From an uncultured Actinomycetota bacterium (GTDB lineage: Bacteria; Actinomycetota; Actinomycetes; Mycobacteriales; CADCTP01), in contig CAVSMA010000002.1 in the NCBI GenBank assembly GCA_963728945.1, forward strand, positions 1,776,243 through 1,840,242: a stretch of DNA of 64,000 bases, read 5' to 3'. The position numbers and the translations under genes are program-made. Position 1 is the stretch's first letter. Every line of letters starts with the position of its first letter. The notes beneath the pieces are model-generated. The model was not told the DNA's origin. It did not search any database and worked only from the letters and a program-made list of their open reading frames with translations. Of the stretch, positions 1 through 10,498 are shown piece by piece.

Positions 1-556
1 TGGCGGCCTGGATCCCGTCCCCCATCCCCGGCGCCAGCAGCACCAGCGTGGTGTCCGCGGTGGAGGCGACCTCCACCTCGGCCTGACCCACGCCCACGGT
101 CTCGACCAGCACCACGTCGCAGCCGGCCGCGTCCAGCACCCGCACCGCCTGCGGCGTCGCCGCGGCCAGCCCGCCGAGGTGCCCGCGGGAGGCCATCGAC
201 CGGATGAACACCCCGGAGTCGGTCGCGTGGTCCTGCATCCGCACCCGGTCGCCCAGCAGCGCCCCGCCGGAGAACGGCGAGGACGGGTCGACCGCGAGCA
301 CCCCGACCCGGTGCCCCTGCCCGCGCAGCGCCCGGACCAGCATCGAGGTCGATGTCGACTTGCCGACCCCGGGCGACCCGGTCAGCCCGATCACCCTGGC
401 CCGGCCGGTGTGCGGCGCGAGCGCGGCCGCGACCTCGCGCAGCGCCGGGGAGGCGTCCTCGACCAGCGAGATCAGCCGGGCGACCGAGCGCGGGTCGCCC
501 TCCCGGGCCCGCGCCACCAGCGTGCCGACGTCAGCGGCACGCCGGGTCGAGGTCAC
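1..556 (-). CDS. meaB: Methylmalonyl-CoA mutase-associated GTPase MeaB/ArgK (5' part; runs off window start)
   Basis: Minus-strand translation gives ARLISLVE, Walker A GLTGSPGVGKST, DPSSPFSGGALLGDRVRM and VETVGVGQ; lies next to thiolase and mce as in other actinomycetes. Confidence 0.9.
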   Translation of the reverse strand, partial: MTSTRRAADVGTLVARAREGDPRSVARLISLVEDASPALREVAAALAPHTGRARVIGLTGSPGVGKSTSTSMLVRALRGQGHRVGVLAVDPSSPFSGGALLGDRVRMQDHATDSGVFIRSMASRGHLGGLAAATPQAVRVLDAAGCDVVLVETVGVGQAEVEVASTADTTLVLLAPGMGDGIQAA

Positions 557-570
557 CCGCGAAAGGTAAC

Positions 571-1749
571 TCAGACCTTCAACAGCAGCGCGTCGCCCTG
601 GCCGCCGCCGCCGCACAGCGCCGCCGCGCCGAGGCCGCCGCCGCGCCGGCGCAGCTCGAACGCGAGGTGCAGCGCCAGCCGGGCGCCGCTCATCCCGATC
701 GGGTGGCCGAGCGCGATCGCGCCGCCGTTGACGTTGACGATCTCCGGCCCGATGCCGAGGTCGCGCATCGACTGGACGCCGACCGCCGCGAACGCCTCGT
801 TGATCTCGACCAGGTCGAGCGCGGAGACGTCGAGACCGGCCTTGCCGAGCGCCGTGCGGATCGCGTTCGACGGCTGCGAGTGCAGCGAGTTGTCCGGACC
901 GGCGACCGTGCCGTAGGCGCCGATCTCGGCCAGCACCGTGGCCCCGTGCCGCTCGGCCGCGGCCCGCGACATCACCACCACCGCGCAGGCGCCGTCGGAG
1001 ATCGGCGACGAGCTGCCGGCGGTGATCGTCCCGTCCGCGCCGAACGCCGGCTTCAACTTGGCCAGCACCTCGACCGTGGTGTCCGCGCGGATCCCCTCGT
1101 CCTCGCGGATCTCGACCGGGTCGCCGCGCCGCTGCGGGACCTGCACCGGCACGATCTCCTCGTCGAACAGCCCGTTCTTCTGCGCGGCCGCGGCCCGCTG
1201 GTGCGACCGGGCGGCGAACTCGTCCTGCTCGGTGCGGGTGATCCCGAGCCGCTCGCTGTACCGGTCGGTGGACTCGCCCATCGGGATGTGGTCGAAGGCG
1301 TCGACCAGCCCGTCGTAGGCCATCGAGTCGAGCATCTCCACCGCGCCGTACTTGTGGCCCTTGCGCAGGCCGGGCAGCACGTGTGGCGCGTTGGTCATCG
1401 ACTCCATGCCGCCGGCCACCACGACCTCGAACTCGCCGGCCCCGATGAGCTGGTCGGCCAGCGCGATCGCGTCCAGTCCGGACAGGCAGACCTTGTTGAC
1501 CAGCAGCGAGGGGACGCTCATCGGGATGCCGGCCTTGACCGCGGCCTGCCGCGCCGGCAGCTGCCCGGCGCCGGCCTGCAGCACCTGCCCGAGCACGACG
1601 TAGTCGACCTGGTCGCCGGTGATGCCGGCCCGCTCCAGCGCGGCCCTGACCGCGACCGCGCCGAGGTCGGTGCCGGAGAAGTCGCGCAGGCCGCCCAGCA
1701 GCTTGCCCATCGGCGTCCGCGCGCCGCCCACGATGACAGAACCCGGCAC
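571..1749 (-). CDS. Acetyl-CoA C-acetyltransferase (thiolase)
   Basis: GARTP, NKVCLSG catalytic Cys, [12 protein letters not shown] and CGGGGQG motifs; GGAGG upstream of GTG at 1749. Confidence 0.95.
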   Translation of the reverse strand: MPGSVIVGGARTPMGKLLGGLRDFSGTDLGAVAVRAALERAGITGDQVDYVVLGQVLQAGAGQLPARQAAVKAGIPMSVPSLLVNKVCLSGLDAIALADQLIGAGEFEVVVAGGMESMTNAPHVLPGLRKGHKYGAVEMLDSMAYDGLVDAFDHIPMGESTDRYSERLGITRTEQDEFAARSHQRAAAAQKNGLFDEEIVPVQVPQRRGDPVEIREDEGIRADTTVEVLAKLKPAFGADGTITAGSSSPISDGACAVVVMSRAAAERHGATVLAEIGAYGTVAGPDNSLHSQPSNAIRTALGKAGLDVSALDLVEINEAFAAVGVQSMRDLGIGPEIVNVNGGAIALGHPIGMSGARLALHLAFELRRRGGGLGAAALCGGGGQGDALLLKV

Positions 1750-1827
1750 AGCAGGCCTCCTCACATCGGCGAGAGTCCTTTCCTGCACGGTACCGCCGGC
1801 CCGAAGACGTGGGTTACGGTCACGAAT

Positions 1828-2259
1828 GTGTTCCTGCGCATAGACCACGTCGGGGTCGCGGTGCCCGACCTGGACGAGGCGATCGCCTGGTACGGCGAGA
1901 CGTTCGGTCTGGCCAGCGTGCACGAGGAGGTCAACGAGGACCAGGGCGTCCGGGAAGCGATGCTCGCCGTCGGCGACGGCACGACGCGGATCCAGCTGCT
2001 GGCGCCGCTGCGGCCGGACTCGGCGATCGCGACGTTCCTCGACCGGCACGGCCCGGGCCTCCAGCAGGTCGCGTACACCGTCGAGGACGTCGAGGCCGTC
2101 GCGGAGACCCTGCGCGATCGCGGCCTCAGGGTGCTGTACGAACAGGCGCGCCGGGGCACCGCCGGCTCGCTGGTGAACTTCGTGCACCCCAAGGACGCCG
2201 GCGGCGTGCTGGTCGAGCTGGTCCAGCCGGCATCGGGGCCAGCTCCGTCACCGCACTGA
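1828..2259 (+). CDS. mce: Methylmalonyl-CoA epimerase
   Basis: [27 protein letters not shown] and [16 protein letters not shown]; divergent from the thiolase. Confidence 0.92.
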   Translation: MFLRIDHVGVAVPDLDEAIAWYGETFGLASVHEEVNEDQGVREAMLAVGDGTTRIQLLAPLRPDSAIATFLDRHGPGLQQVAYTVEDVEAVAETLRDRGLRVLYEQARRGTAGSLVNFVHPKDAGGVLVELVQPASGPAPSPH

Positions 2260-2328
2260 CCCGACGGCATCACCGCACCAGGATCTGCACCGCAACCGAC
2301 AGGCTCCGCGGAAGTGGTTGATGGAACG

Positions 2329-3333
2329 ATGGGACGTATGGACCGCCGCGAACAGCAGACCGAGCTCCTGCCCCTGCTGGAGGGGGCGACCACCTTCGAC
2401 GTCGTGCTGCGCGGCTACGACCGCCACCAGGTGCACGAGCACGTGGAGCGGCTGGAGGCCGACCTGCGCATCGCGGTGGCCGAACGGGACACCGTCGCGG
2501 CCAGGCTGACCGAGCTGGCCGGGCAGCTGGCGGCGGCCCACAACGAGATCGACGCGCTGCACGCCCGGCTCGGCCAGGTCACCACCACCGAACCGTCGCT
2601 CGAGGACGTGAGCGACCGGATCCGGAGCATGCTCGCGCTCGCCAAGGAAGAGGCAACGGAGATCCGCCGCAAGGCCGAGCAGGAGGCCGTCGACCTGCAG
2701 CACCGGTTCGAGCTGCTCAACTCCGAGCTGCAGGACAAGCTCAGCTCGGCCGACCGCAGCACCGCGGAGAAGCTCGCCGCCGCCGAGGGGCAGGCGGGGT
2801 CGCTGCTCGGCGAGGCGCAGCAGCGCGCGGCCGCGCTGGTCAGCGACGCCGAGGCCAGGGCAGCGGCGCTGGTCGCGGAGGCCGAGTCCCGGGCGGCCGA
2901 GACGATCGCCGCCGCCGAGGCGAAGTCGGCCTCGGTGAACCAGGAGGTCGCCCGGCTGACCGCGCAGGCCGACGAGCAGCGGCGGCTGGCGGACGAGGCG
3001 GCCGAGGCGAAGCGCACCCAGGCCAGCGAGGACTTCGAGATCACCCTGCGCAACCGGCGCAGCAAGGAGCTGGCGGCGGACGAGCAGCGCCGGGCCGACC
3101 TGGTCCGGGAGATCGACGAGCGGCGGGCGACGGCGGCGGCCGAGGCGAGCGAGCTCGTCGAGGCGGCCCGGGCGGAGGCGGACCGGCTCGTCGCGGAGGC
3201 GAAGCGGCGGGCCCAGGAGCTGGCCGACGTGCGGACCACCGTGCTCGGGCAGCTGTCCGCGGTGCGCGGCATCCTCGACCAGGTGCCGGCCGCCGCCGCG
3301 GCGTCGCTGGAGGAGTGGCCGGGTCGCGACTGA
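2329..3333 (+). CDS. DivIVA-like N-terminal domain / FilP-like coiled-coil protein
   Basis: FDVVLRGYDRHQV motif, long Ala/Glu heptad coiled coil and DFEITL motif shared with the protein at 4992. Confidence 0.75.
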   Translation: MGRMDRREQQTELLPLLEGATTFDVVLRGYDRHQVHEHVERLEADLRIAVAERDTVAARLTELAGQLAAAHNEIDALHARLGQVTTTEPSLEDVSDRIRSMLALAKEEATEIRRKAEQEAVDLQHRFELLNSELQDKLSSADRSTAEKLAAAEGQAGSLLGEAQQRAAALVSDAEARAAALVAEAESRAAETIAAAEAKSASVNQEVARLTAQADEQRRLADEAAEAKRTQASEDFEITLRNRRSKELAADEQRRADLVREIDERRATAAAEASELVEAARAEADRLVAEAKRRAQELADVRTTVLGQLSAVRGILDQVPAAAAASLEEWPGRD

Positions 3334-3427
3334 CTCCGCCGGTCGGAGGGTTTGAACCGGCCGGCACAGCGCACATACAAGGCGCCTGTCGGGCTGTTCG
3401 GGCTGGCCGTACGCTGCCCGCGAGTGG

Positions 3428-4963
3428 GTGAGCGGCGGGAGGTGCGCGGCGGTGGGCGAGCAACGACCCAGCAGGACCAGGGTCGACGGCACTGCCGACC
3501 CCGGCCCCGATCCGGCCGGTGAGCCGGCTGGCGACCGGGAGCAGGCGGGCGAGCGCGGGCGTCCCGGCGACGCCGCGCCGCGCGCCGCCGGAGCGCCGGC
3601 CGCCGGCGCCGGCTCGGCCGGAGAAGCCGCGGGTGGGGCGGACGGGGCCAGCGGCCACGGCGGCGCGGGCGGCCGCGAGGTCGAGGCGCGGCACGAGGTC
3701 GCGGCGGCGCGGGAGCGGGCGGCGCAGGCGCAGGAGCGGGCCGAGCGGGCCGCGGCGGAGGCCGCGGAGGCAACGGCGGCGGCCGAGGCGGCCGAGGCGG
3801 CGCTCGCCGCGGACTCCGGCCCGCCCGGCGAGGGGCTGGCCGACGTCCCGGGCGACGACCCGGTCGTCAACCCGGACGTCCGCGCCGAGGAGGCCGGGGT
3901 CGACGAGGAATACCCGCTCGGCCGCCCCGGCCGGCCGATGAACCGGCGGTCCCCGTTCCGGATCGGGTTCGCCGGCGCGGTCGGCGCCGGCTTCGCCTAC
4001 CTGCTCTACCAGGCCCTGGTCAGCGCCCGCGGGGTGCTGGTGCTCGTCATCGTCGCCGCCTTCCTGGCGATCGGCCTCAACCCGATCGTGTCCCGGCTGG
4101 AGCGCGCCGGCATGCGGCGCGGCGCCGCCGTCGCGATCGTGTTCGCCGGCCTGCTCGGCTTCTTCGCCCTGTTCGGCTACGCCGTGCTGCCGCCGGTGAT
4201 CAACCAGGTCGCGAACTTCGTCGACGCGGTGCCGAGCTACGTCAAGGACCTGCAGAACAACGCCACCATCCGGGACCTCGACCAGCGCTTCGGCCTCATC
4301 GACAAGTTGGACCAGTACGTGACGACCGGCGAGTTCGGCACCCGCATCGCCGGCAACGTCCTCTCGGTGACGCAGCAGGTTGCCGGCTTCGTGCTCAAGG
4401 CCCTGACCGTCCTGATCCTGACGCTCTACTTCCTCTCGTCGTTCAACTCGATCAAGCGCACCGCGTACCGGCTGGTGCCGCGCACCCGCCGGGCCCGGTT
4501 CAGCCTGATCAGCGACGAGGTGCTCAGCCGGGTCGGCGGGTACGTCGCCGGCGCGGTCGTGGTCGCCCTCATCGCCGGCGTCGCGTCGCTGATCTGGGTC
4601 AGCTCGCTCGGCATCCCGTACCCGCTGGCGCTCGCGCTGATCGTCACCCTCACCGACGTCATCCCGCTCATCGGGGCGACGATCGGCGCGGTGGTCGTGA
4701 CCACGGTGGCGTTCTTCGTCTCGGTGCCGGTCGGCATCTTCACCGGCCTGTTCTTCCTCGTCTACCAGCAGATCGAGAACTACTTGATCTACCCCCGGGT
4801 GATGAGCCGATCGGTGGACGTGAACCCGGCAGCCGCCATCGTGGGCGCGCTGATCGGCGGTACTCTTCTCGGGTTCGTGGGGGCGCTTCTGGCGGTGCCG
4901 GCGACGGCGGCGATACAGCTGATCCTGCGCGAGGTCCTGGTCCCACGGCAGGATGCACAGTGA
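3428..4963 (+). CDS. AI-2E (PerM) family transporter with low-complexity N-terminus (start uncertain)
   Basis: Multiple TM segments; IPLIGATIG, YQQIENYLIYPRVM and GALLAVP motifs. Confidence 0.88.
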   Translation: MSGGRCAAVGEQRPSRTRVDGTADPGPDPAGEPAGDREQAGERGRPGDAAPRAAGAPAAGAGSAGEAAGGADGASGHGGAGGREVEARHEVAAARERAAQAQERAERAAAEAAEATAAAEAAEAALAADSGPPGEGLADVPGDDPVVNPDVRAEEAGVDEEYPLGRPGRPMNRRSPFRIGFAGAVGAGFAYLLYQALVSARGVLVLVIVAAFLAIGLNPIVSRLERAGMRRGAAVAIVFAGLLGFFALFGYAVLPPVINQVANFVDAVPSYVKDLQNNATIRDLDQRFGLIDKLDQYVTTGEFGTRIAGNVLSVTQQVAGFVLKALTVLILTLYFLSSFNSIKRTAYRLVPRTRRARFSLISDEVLSRVGGYVAGAVVVALIAGVASLIWVSSLGIPYPLALALIVTLTDVIPLIGATIGAVVVTTVAFFVSVPVGIFTGLFFLVYQQIENYLIYPRVMSRSVDVNPAAAIVGALIGGTLLGFVGALLAVPATAAIQLILREVLVPRQDAQ

Positions 4964-4991
4964 CGACCGTTTGCAGGCAGGATGGATTGGG

Positions 4992-5972
4992 ATGTCCGAA
5001 CGCACGGACCTTGGCTACCTGAACGACCTCGGCGTCGACCACGGCTTCGACGTGGCGTTGCGCGGCTACGACCGCCGGCAGGTCGACGACTACCTGGCCG
5101 GCCTGGAGAGCCAGCTGGCCACGCTCCGGCACGAGCGCGAGTCGGCCGGCGACCGGGTCGGGATGCTCGAGCAGCGGCTGGAGGAGCTGCAGATCGAGCT
5201 GCAGACCGCCCAGCGCCGGGTCGAGGAGTTCGAGCCGTCGTACGCGGGCCTCGGCGCCCGGGTGGAGAACATCCTGCGCCTCGCCGAGGAGGAGGCGATA
5301 AGCCTGCGGGCCGAGGCGAGCGCGCACGGCGACCGGGTCAGGGCCAAGGCCGAGGACGACGCCAGGCGGATGCGCGCGGACGGCGAGCGGGAGGCGCGGG
5401 AGATCATCGCCGCCGCCGACCGCGAGGCGGGCCAGCGCCGGGCGGCCGCGCTGGCCGAGGCCGAGGCGATGCGGGCCGAGGCCGGCAAGGACGCCGCGGC
5501 GGTGCGGGCCGAGGCGGCCAGCGAGCTCGAGGAGGCGCGGGCCAAGGCGGCGCATGCGGCGAAGGACTTCGAGACCACGCTGTCCCGCCGCCGCGACCAG
5601 GCCGAGCAGGAGCTGTCCGCCCGGCTGGCCGAGGTGGAGCGGCGGCTGGCCGAGACCAACGAGGCGGCCGAGCAGGTCAAGCGGGACGCCGACGCGCACC
5701 GGGCGGACAGCGAGCGGCGGGCCAGCCAGATCCTCGAGGCGGCCAAGCGCGAGGCCGAGACACTGGTCAGCGAGGCGACCGGGAACGCGACCCGGCAGCG
5801 GTCCGAGGTCGAGCGCGAGCTGGCCACGCTGGTCCGCCGCCGGGACAGCGTGCAGGCGCAGCTGCAGAACGTCCGGGAGATGCTGGCGACGATGACCGGC
5901 GGTCCGGTCGGCAGTGCCGGGGAGGGCGAGGAGTCGCCGGCCGAGGAGCAGCAGCCGCCGAAGCCGGAGTGA
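4992..5972 (+). CDS. filP: FilP/AbpS-like intermediate-filament-like coiled-coil protein
   Basis: GFDVALRGYDRRQVD, EPSYAGLGARVENILRLAEEEA, DFETTLSRRR and RRDSVQAQLQNVREMLA match my recollection of Streptomyces FilP; same mce/thiolase/meaB neighbourhood. Confidence 0.85.
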   Translation: MSERTDLGYLNDLGVDHGFDVALRGYDRRQVDDYLAGLESQLATLRHERESAGDRVGMLEQRLEELQIELQTAQRRVEEFEPSYAGLGARVENILRLAEEEAISLRAEASAHGDRVRAKAEDDARRMRADGEREAREIIAAADREAGQRRAAALAEAEAMRAEAGKDAAAVRAEAASELEEARAKAAHAAKDFETTLSRRRDQAEQELSARLAEVERRLAETNEAAEQVKRDADAHRADSERRASQILEAAKREAETLVSEATGNATRQRSEVERELATLVRRRDSVQAQLQNVREMLATMTGGPVGSAGEGEESPAEEQQPPKPE

Positions 5973-5985
5973 CCAGCAGCGGGAC

Positions 5986-6945
5986 TCAGCCGGACAGCGT
6001 GCCCCGCGGGACGATCCCGTCCAGCTCGGCCAGGTCGTCCTCGTCCGGCTCCCACTCCCCCGCGGTCGCGTTCGCCCGCAGCTGGTCGGCGGAGGTGGCG
6101 CCGGCGATCACCGAGGCGACGGCCGGCTGGGCGGCGAGACCGCCGATCGCGACGTCGAGCATCGACAGCCCGCGGCGGTCCGCGTACGCCCGGAGGCCGT
6201 CGAGGACGTCCCAGGGCGCGCAGTCGTAGACGTCCCGGCGCCGGGCCGCGAGCCTGGTCCCGGGCATCGGCTCCTGGTCGCGGGTGTACTTGCCGGTGAG
6301 CAGGCCGTTGGCGAGCGGGTAGAACGGCAGCACGCCCACCCCGTACGCCTCGCAGGCGGGCACCAGCTCGGTCTCGGCCCGGCGGTCGAGCAGGCTGTAT
6401 TCGTTCTGCGCGCTGACGAACCGCACCGACCCGGCGGTGCTCGCCAGGTGGTCGGCCTGGCCGACCTGCCAGCCGGCGAGGTTGGACGAGCCGACGTAGC
6501 GCACCAGGCCGGCGGTGACCAGCTCGTCCAGCGCGGCGAGGGTCTCCTCGATCGGGGTGACGCCGTCCGGCTTGTGATACTGCAGCAGGTCGAGGTGGTC
6601 GGTCCGCAGCCGGCGCAGCGACGCCTCCACCGCGATCCGCACGTACCGCCGGGAGCCGCGGGCGCCCCAGTCCGGCCCGTTGGCGCCCTTCATGCTGCCG
6701 CCGAACTTGGTGGCCAGCACGAACCGCTCCCGATCGGCGCCGAGCACCTCGCCGAGGATCTCCTCCGACTCGCCAGGATGCGTGCCGTAGACGTCGGCCG
6801 TGTCCAGCAGGGTCACCCCGGCGTCGAGGGCGGCGTCGAGGGTCTTGCGGGTGACGGCCGCGTCCATCGACCGGCCGACGTTGTTCAGCCCGAGACCGAC
6901 GACGGAGACGACGAGCCCGGACCGGCCGAGCGGGCGGTAGCGCAC
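5986..6945 (-). CDS. Aldo/keto reductase
   Basis: LDTADVYG, LATKFG, SLRRLRTDHLDL, GSSN and QNEYSLL motifs. Confidence 0.93.
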   Translation of the reverse strand: MRYRPLGRSGLVVSVVGLGLNNVGRSMDAAVTRKTLDAALDAGVTLLDTADVYGTHPGESEEILGEVLGADRERFVLATKFGGSMKGANGPDWGARGSRRYVRIAVEASLRRLRTDHLDLLQYHKPDGVTPIEETLAALDELVTAGLVRYVGSSNLAGWQVGQADHLASTAGSVRFVSAQNEYSLLDRRAETELVPACEAYGVGVLPFYPLANGLLTGKYTRDQEPMPGTRLAARRRDVYDCAPWDVLDGLRAYADRRGLSMLDVAIGGLAAQPAVASVIAGATSADQLRANATAGEWEPDEDDLAELDGIVPRGTLSG

Positions 6946-6979
6946 GAGGTCACCCTATGCCGACACTCGGGGGCAGGCC

Positions 6980-7062
6980 CCGAGCACCCCCGGAGAGCGC
7001 CGGGGGCACGCCGCCGAGCACCCCCGGGCAGCCTCGACGGGCGAGGCGCCGAGCACCCCCGG
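6980..7062. repeat. Three copies of CCGAGCACCCCCGG at ~35-bp period in an intergenic region
   Basis: Copies at 6980, 7014 and 7049; degenerate CCGAGTGCTC at 7084. Confidence 0.75.
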
Positions 7063-7091
7063 GCAGGCGGCCTCGGCGGCACGCCGAGTGC

Positions 7092-7835
7092 TCAGACCGC
7101 GGTCTGGCCCCCGTCCACCACCAGCGTCTGGCCGGTCATGAACGACGACGCGTCGCTGGCCAGGAACACCGCCGGCCCGGCCATCTCCTCGGCCCTGGCC
7201 CACCGGCCCATCGGGATCGTCGCGGTGAGGCCGGCGTAGACCTCCTCGTTTTCCCAGAGCGTGCGGTTGAGGTCGGTGGCCGTCCAGCCCGGGCACAGCG
7301 CGTTCACCCGCACGCCCGTGCTGGCCCACTCGACCGCGAGCGTGCGGGTCAGCGAGATCAGCGCCGCCTTGGACGCGCCGTACTGCGCCATGGCCGGGGT
7401 GGCCGACAACCCGGCGACGCTGGCCACGTTGATCACCGAGCCGGTCCGCCGCTCCAGCAGGTGCGGCGCGGCGGCCTGCAGCACGTGCACGGCCGAGTCG
7501 ACGTTGAGCCGCATCACCTTCGTCCAGCCGGCGAAGCGCAGCTGCGGGAACGGCACCATCACGCCGTTGCCGCCGACGTTGTTGACGATCACGTCGAGCT
7601 GGCCGAGCCCCTCGATCGCGCCGGCGACCACCTCCTGCGCGGCCTGCTCGTCGGTGACGTCCCCGGGCAGCACGACCGCCGCCCCGACCTCGTCGGCCGT
7701 CTTCCGCAGCTGTTCGGCGCCGCGGCTGTTGACCGCGACCTTCGCCCCGGCACGGACGAACGCGGCAGCGATCGCGGCGCCGATGCCGCGGGAGGCGCCG
7801 GTGACCAGCGCGGTCTTCCAGGTGAGATCGAACAC
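7092..7835 (-). CDS. Short-chain dehydrogenase/reductase
   Basis: TGASRGIG, NNVG, YGASK and VDGG motifs. Confidence 0.93.
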   Translation of the reverse strand: MFDLTWKTALVTGASRGIGAAIAAAFVRAGAKVAVNSRGAEQLRKTADEVGAAVVLPGDVTDEQAAQEVVAGAIEGLGQLDVIVNNVGGNGVMVPFPQLRFAGWTKVMRLNVDSAVHVLQAAAPHLLERRTGSVINVASVAGLSATPAMAQYGASKAALISLTRTLAVEWASTGVRVNALCPGWTATDLNRTLWENEEVYAGLTATIPMGRWARAEEMAGPAVFLASDASSFMTGQTLVVDGGQTAV

Positions 7836-7868
7836 GGGCCGACCCTACCGAGGCGGGCCGCCGCGGCG

Positions 7869-8117
7869 TCAGTGGCGCGGGGCCGAGCGGGACCGCCGCA
7901 CCTTCGCCCCGCGCCGGTCGCGGGCGCGCCAGCAGGCGGTGTGCCAGTGCCGGCGCTCGCCGGCCTCAGGGTCGGCCGCCGGCCAGGCGACGACGTGCGG
8001 CGTCACCGGCCGGATCACCTGGTCGCAGCCCGGGCACCGGTACGGCTTGGTGCTCGTGCTGCCGGTGATCCGGCGGACCTGGTAGTCCTCCCCCCGCCAC
8101 TCCTCGACCGTGTCCAC
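7869..8117 (-). CDS. Small conserved actinobacterial Cys/His protein (Rv1322-like)
   Basis: KPYRCPGCDQVIR...HVVAWP...RRHWHTACW; this family normally lies between nucS and mce. Confidence 0.8.
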   Translation of the reverse strand: MDTVEEWRGEDYQVRRITGSTSTKPYRCPGCDQVIRPVTPHVVAWPAADPEAGERRHWHTACWRARDRRGAKVRRSRSAPRH

Positions 8118-8128
8118 CGCTGGCCAGG

Positions 8129-10498
8129 CTACGCCGTGGCGGCCGCCGTACCCTCCGCCGAACCGTCCACTGTGGAGCGTCCGGGCGGCAGCGAGATCGG
8201 CATCCGGCTGTGCCCGTGGTGGGCGCCGACGGCGGCGGCGTGGTAGTCCTCCAGCCGCGCCGCGAACTCGGCGTCCCGGTACGCACTGCCGTCCACGGTC
8301 TCGCCCTCGCGGCCCTCGATGACCGCCTCGACGTCGTCGCCGGTGAGCGTGCGGTGGATCTCCAGCGCGTGCGCCAGCGCCAGCACCTGGGCCCGGTTCT
8401 CGGTCAGCAGCGCCTCGACCCGGACCAGCAGGTCGCCGAGCTTGTCCTCGATCCGGTCGGCCAGCGCCCGGCGCAGCATCGCCTCCGGCTTCTCGCCCTC
8501 CCGCCGCCCGGCGCCGCCGGGGCTGCCGACCTGCAGCCGCTGCGCGGTCGAGTACGACGAGACGGTGGACCCCATCCCCCAGAACCCCTCCATGAACGAG
8601 GCCACCTGGGTCGCCGACTCCAGGTCCCCGGACACGCCGGACGACGAGTCGCCGTCGAAGAACATCCGCTCCCCGGCGAGCGAGGCGAGCGAGACGAGGA
8701 TGTCCGACTCGAACTCCGACCGCCAGCGGGTGAACTGGTCCTCCGGCGGGATGCTGGCCACCATGCCCAGGTAGTCGCTGCCCTTCTCGATGGTGGCCAG
8801 GTCGATCTCCATGTGCTGCCTGGTCCGGTACGCGACGATCGCGTGGCAGGCCTCGTGCACGGCGACCGCGTGCCGCTCCCGCTCGATGTACTCGACGTCC
8901 TCCGGCGGCCCGAGCTCCTTGAGCTGCTTGGCCTTGACCACGTCCGGCCAGGTGATCGTGTCCCGGCCGTCCCGGATCGCGGTGATCAGCGCCTCGTTCA
9001 CCAGGTCCTTGATCGTGGCGCCGGTCGCGTACGGGGTGATCGTGGCCAGCTTGTCCAGCTGCTCCGGGGTGATCTCGTGCGGAACCTTGTCGAAGTAGCC
9101 CTCGTAGGTGCGGATCCGGCCTGCCTTGCTCGGGTAGCCGACCTTGTAGATCCGGTCGATGCGGCCCGGCCGGAGCAGCGCCTCGTCCAGCGCCTCCGGC
9201 ATGTTGGTCGCCATCATCACGAGGATCCGGTACTTCGGCGGCGGCTTCGGCCGCATCCCGAGCGCCCGCCGGCCCCAGCGGTTGACCAGGCCGCGCGGCT
9301 TCTTCAACCCGGACAGCTCGGTGAGCAGGGCCTGCAGCGTGCCCATCCCGCCGCCGCCACCACCGCCGTTCATCCCGGCGCCGGCGATGAACGCGTCGGC
9401 GTACCCGTCCTGCATCGCGCTCCTGGCGAGCATCCAGCGGGTGTCCTCGGCCAGGTACGCGGCGCCGTGGCAGGAGGTGTTGAACGGGGTCATCCCGCGA
9501 CCGGTCGGGCCGCCCGGGCCGACCTGCGCGAGCGAGCCCCGGTTGCCCAGCGAGTCGGCCTCGTCGAAGAACACGATGACCCCGCCGTACCGGAGCGCGA
9601 GCCTGCGCAGCTTCCGGAACAGCGACTTGACCTTGAGGATGCCGACGCCGAAGAACATGTTGATGAACGCGCCGGGGTCGACGAACACGTACGGTTTGCC
9701 GGTCTCGCCGGCGACCGCCTCGGCCATCAGCGTCTTGCCGGTGCCGGGCGGGCCCCAGAGCAGGATGCCGCCGGGCACGTAGCCGCCCTTGGCCTCGATC
9801 TCGTCGGGCTTCTCCAGGTACATGATGTTCTCCCGGATCCGCTCGACCACGTGGTCCTGGCCCCACACGTCGGCGAACCGGGTCTTGATGTCGTCCGGGT
9901 AGTAGGTGTCGACGCCGCCGCGGGACAGCAGCCAGAACAGGCCGATGAACTGGAACGCGATGAAGAAGAACCCGAACGAGATCTGCAGGATCAGCGGCAG
10001 CGCCCGGTAGAACAGCGCCGGCGCCTGGAAGAGCGCCAGCACCGGCGACGTGTCCAGCGCCTTCGCGGCGACGACGGCGAACAGCGCGACCAGCAGGACG
10101 ACCTTGATCATGCGGGCCAGCCGGAACCGGGTCCAGTCCGACATCCGGCGGCGGGCAGCGCGGTCGACACCGCCGAACACCGTCTGGGACCAGAACCGGT
10201 GGTAGCGCGGCGACCGCTCCTCGATGAGGTAGTGGACCTGGCGCAGCAGCTCGAGTCCGGCCAGCCAGATCAGCCACTGCGAGTCGTGCAGCTGGATCCG
10301 GACCGAGTCGACGAACGGCAGCAGCGGGTTGTCGGCCATCGCCGCCCAGACGAGGATCAGCCACGCGACGGCGAACAGCAGCAGCAGGCGGATCCGGTTC
10401 CACAACGGCATCGAGGGCCGGGTCGGCGGCGGCGGCGCGTGTGGCGGCTCGTCCGGGGCGGACAGACCCTCCGGCGGGTGGGCGACCGGTGCCGTCAT
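8129..10498 (-). CDS. Membrane-anchored FtsH-like AAA+ ATPase / M41 metalloprotease (non-canonical)
   Basis: N-terminal TM segments; Walker A GPPGTGKT; Walker B FFDEAD; SRH ATNMPEALDEALLRPGRIDR; HEACH zinc motif; SGVSGDL; ATGA overlap with upstream gene. Confidence 0.88.
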   Translation of the reverse strand: MTAPVAHPPEGLSAPDEPPHAPPPPTRPSMPLWNRIRLLLLFAVAWLILVWAAMADNPLLPFVDSVRIQLHDSQWLIWLAGLELLRQVHYLIEERSPRYHRFWSQTVFGGVDRAARRRMSDWTRFRLARMIKVVLLVALFAVVAAKALDTSPVLALFQAPALFYRALPLILQISFGFFFIAFQFIGLFWLLSRGGVDTYYPDDIKTRFADVWGQDHVVERIRENIMYLEKPDEIEAKGGYVPGGILLWGPPGTGKTLMAEAVAGETGKPYVFVDPGAFINMFFGVGILKVKSLFRKLRRLALRYGGVIVFFDEADSLGNRGSLAQVGPGGPTGRGMTPFNTSCHGAAYLAEDTRWMLARSAMQDGYADAFIAGAGMNGGGGGGGMGTLQALLTELSGLKKPRGLVNRWGRRALGMRPKPPPKYRILVMMATNMPEALDEALLRPGRIDRIYKVGYPSKAGRIRTYEGYFDKVPHEITPEQLDKLATITPYATGATIKDLVNEALITAIRDGRDTITWPDVVKAKQLKELGPPEDVEYIERERHAVAVHEACHAIVAYRTRQHMEIDLATIEKGSDYLGMVASIPPEDQFTRWRSEFESDILVSLASLAGERMFFDGDSSSGVSGDLESATQVASFMEGFWGMGSTVSSYSTAQRLQVGSPGGAGRREGEKPEAMLRRALADRIEDKLGDLLVRVEALLTENRAQVLALAHALEIHRTLTGDDVEAVIEGREGETVDGSAYRDAEFAARLEDYHAAAVGAHHGHSRMPISLPPGRSTVDGSAEGTAAATA

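Noticed and set aside
6980-7094. Possible mini-CRISPR array
   Set aside because: Repeat is only 14 bp, spacers are ~20 nt and partly similar to one another, and there are no cas genes in the window.
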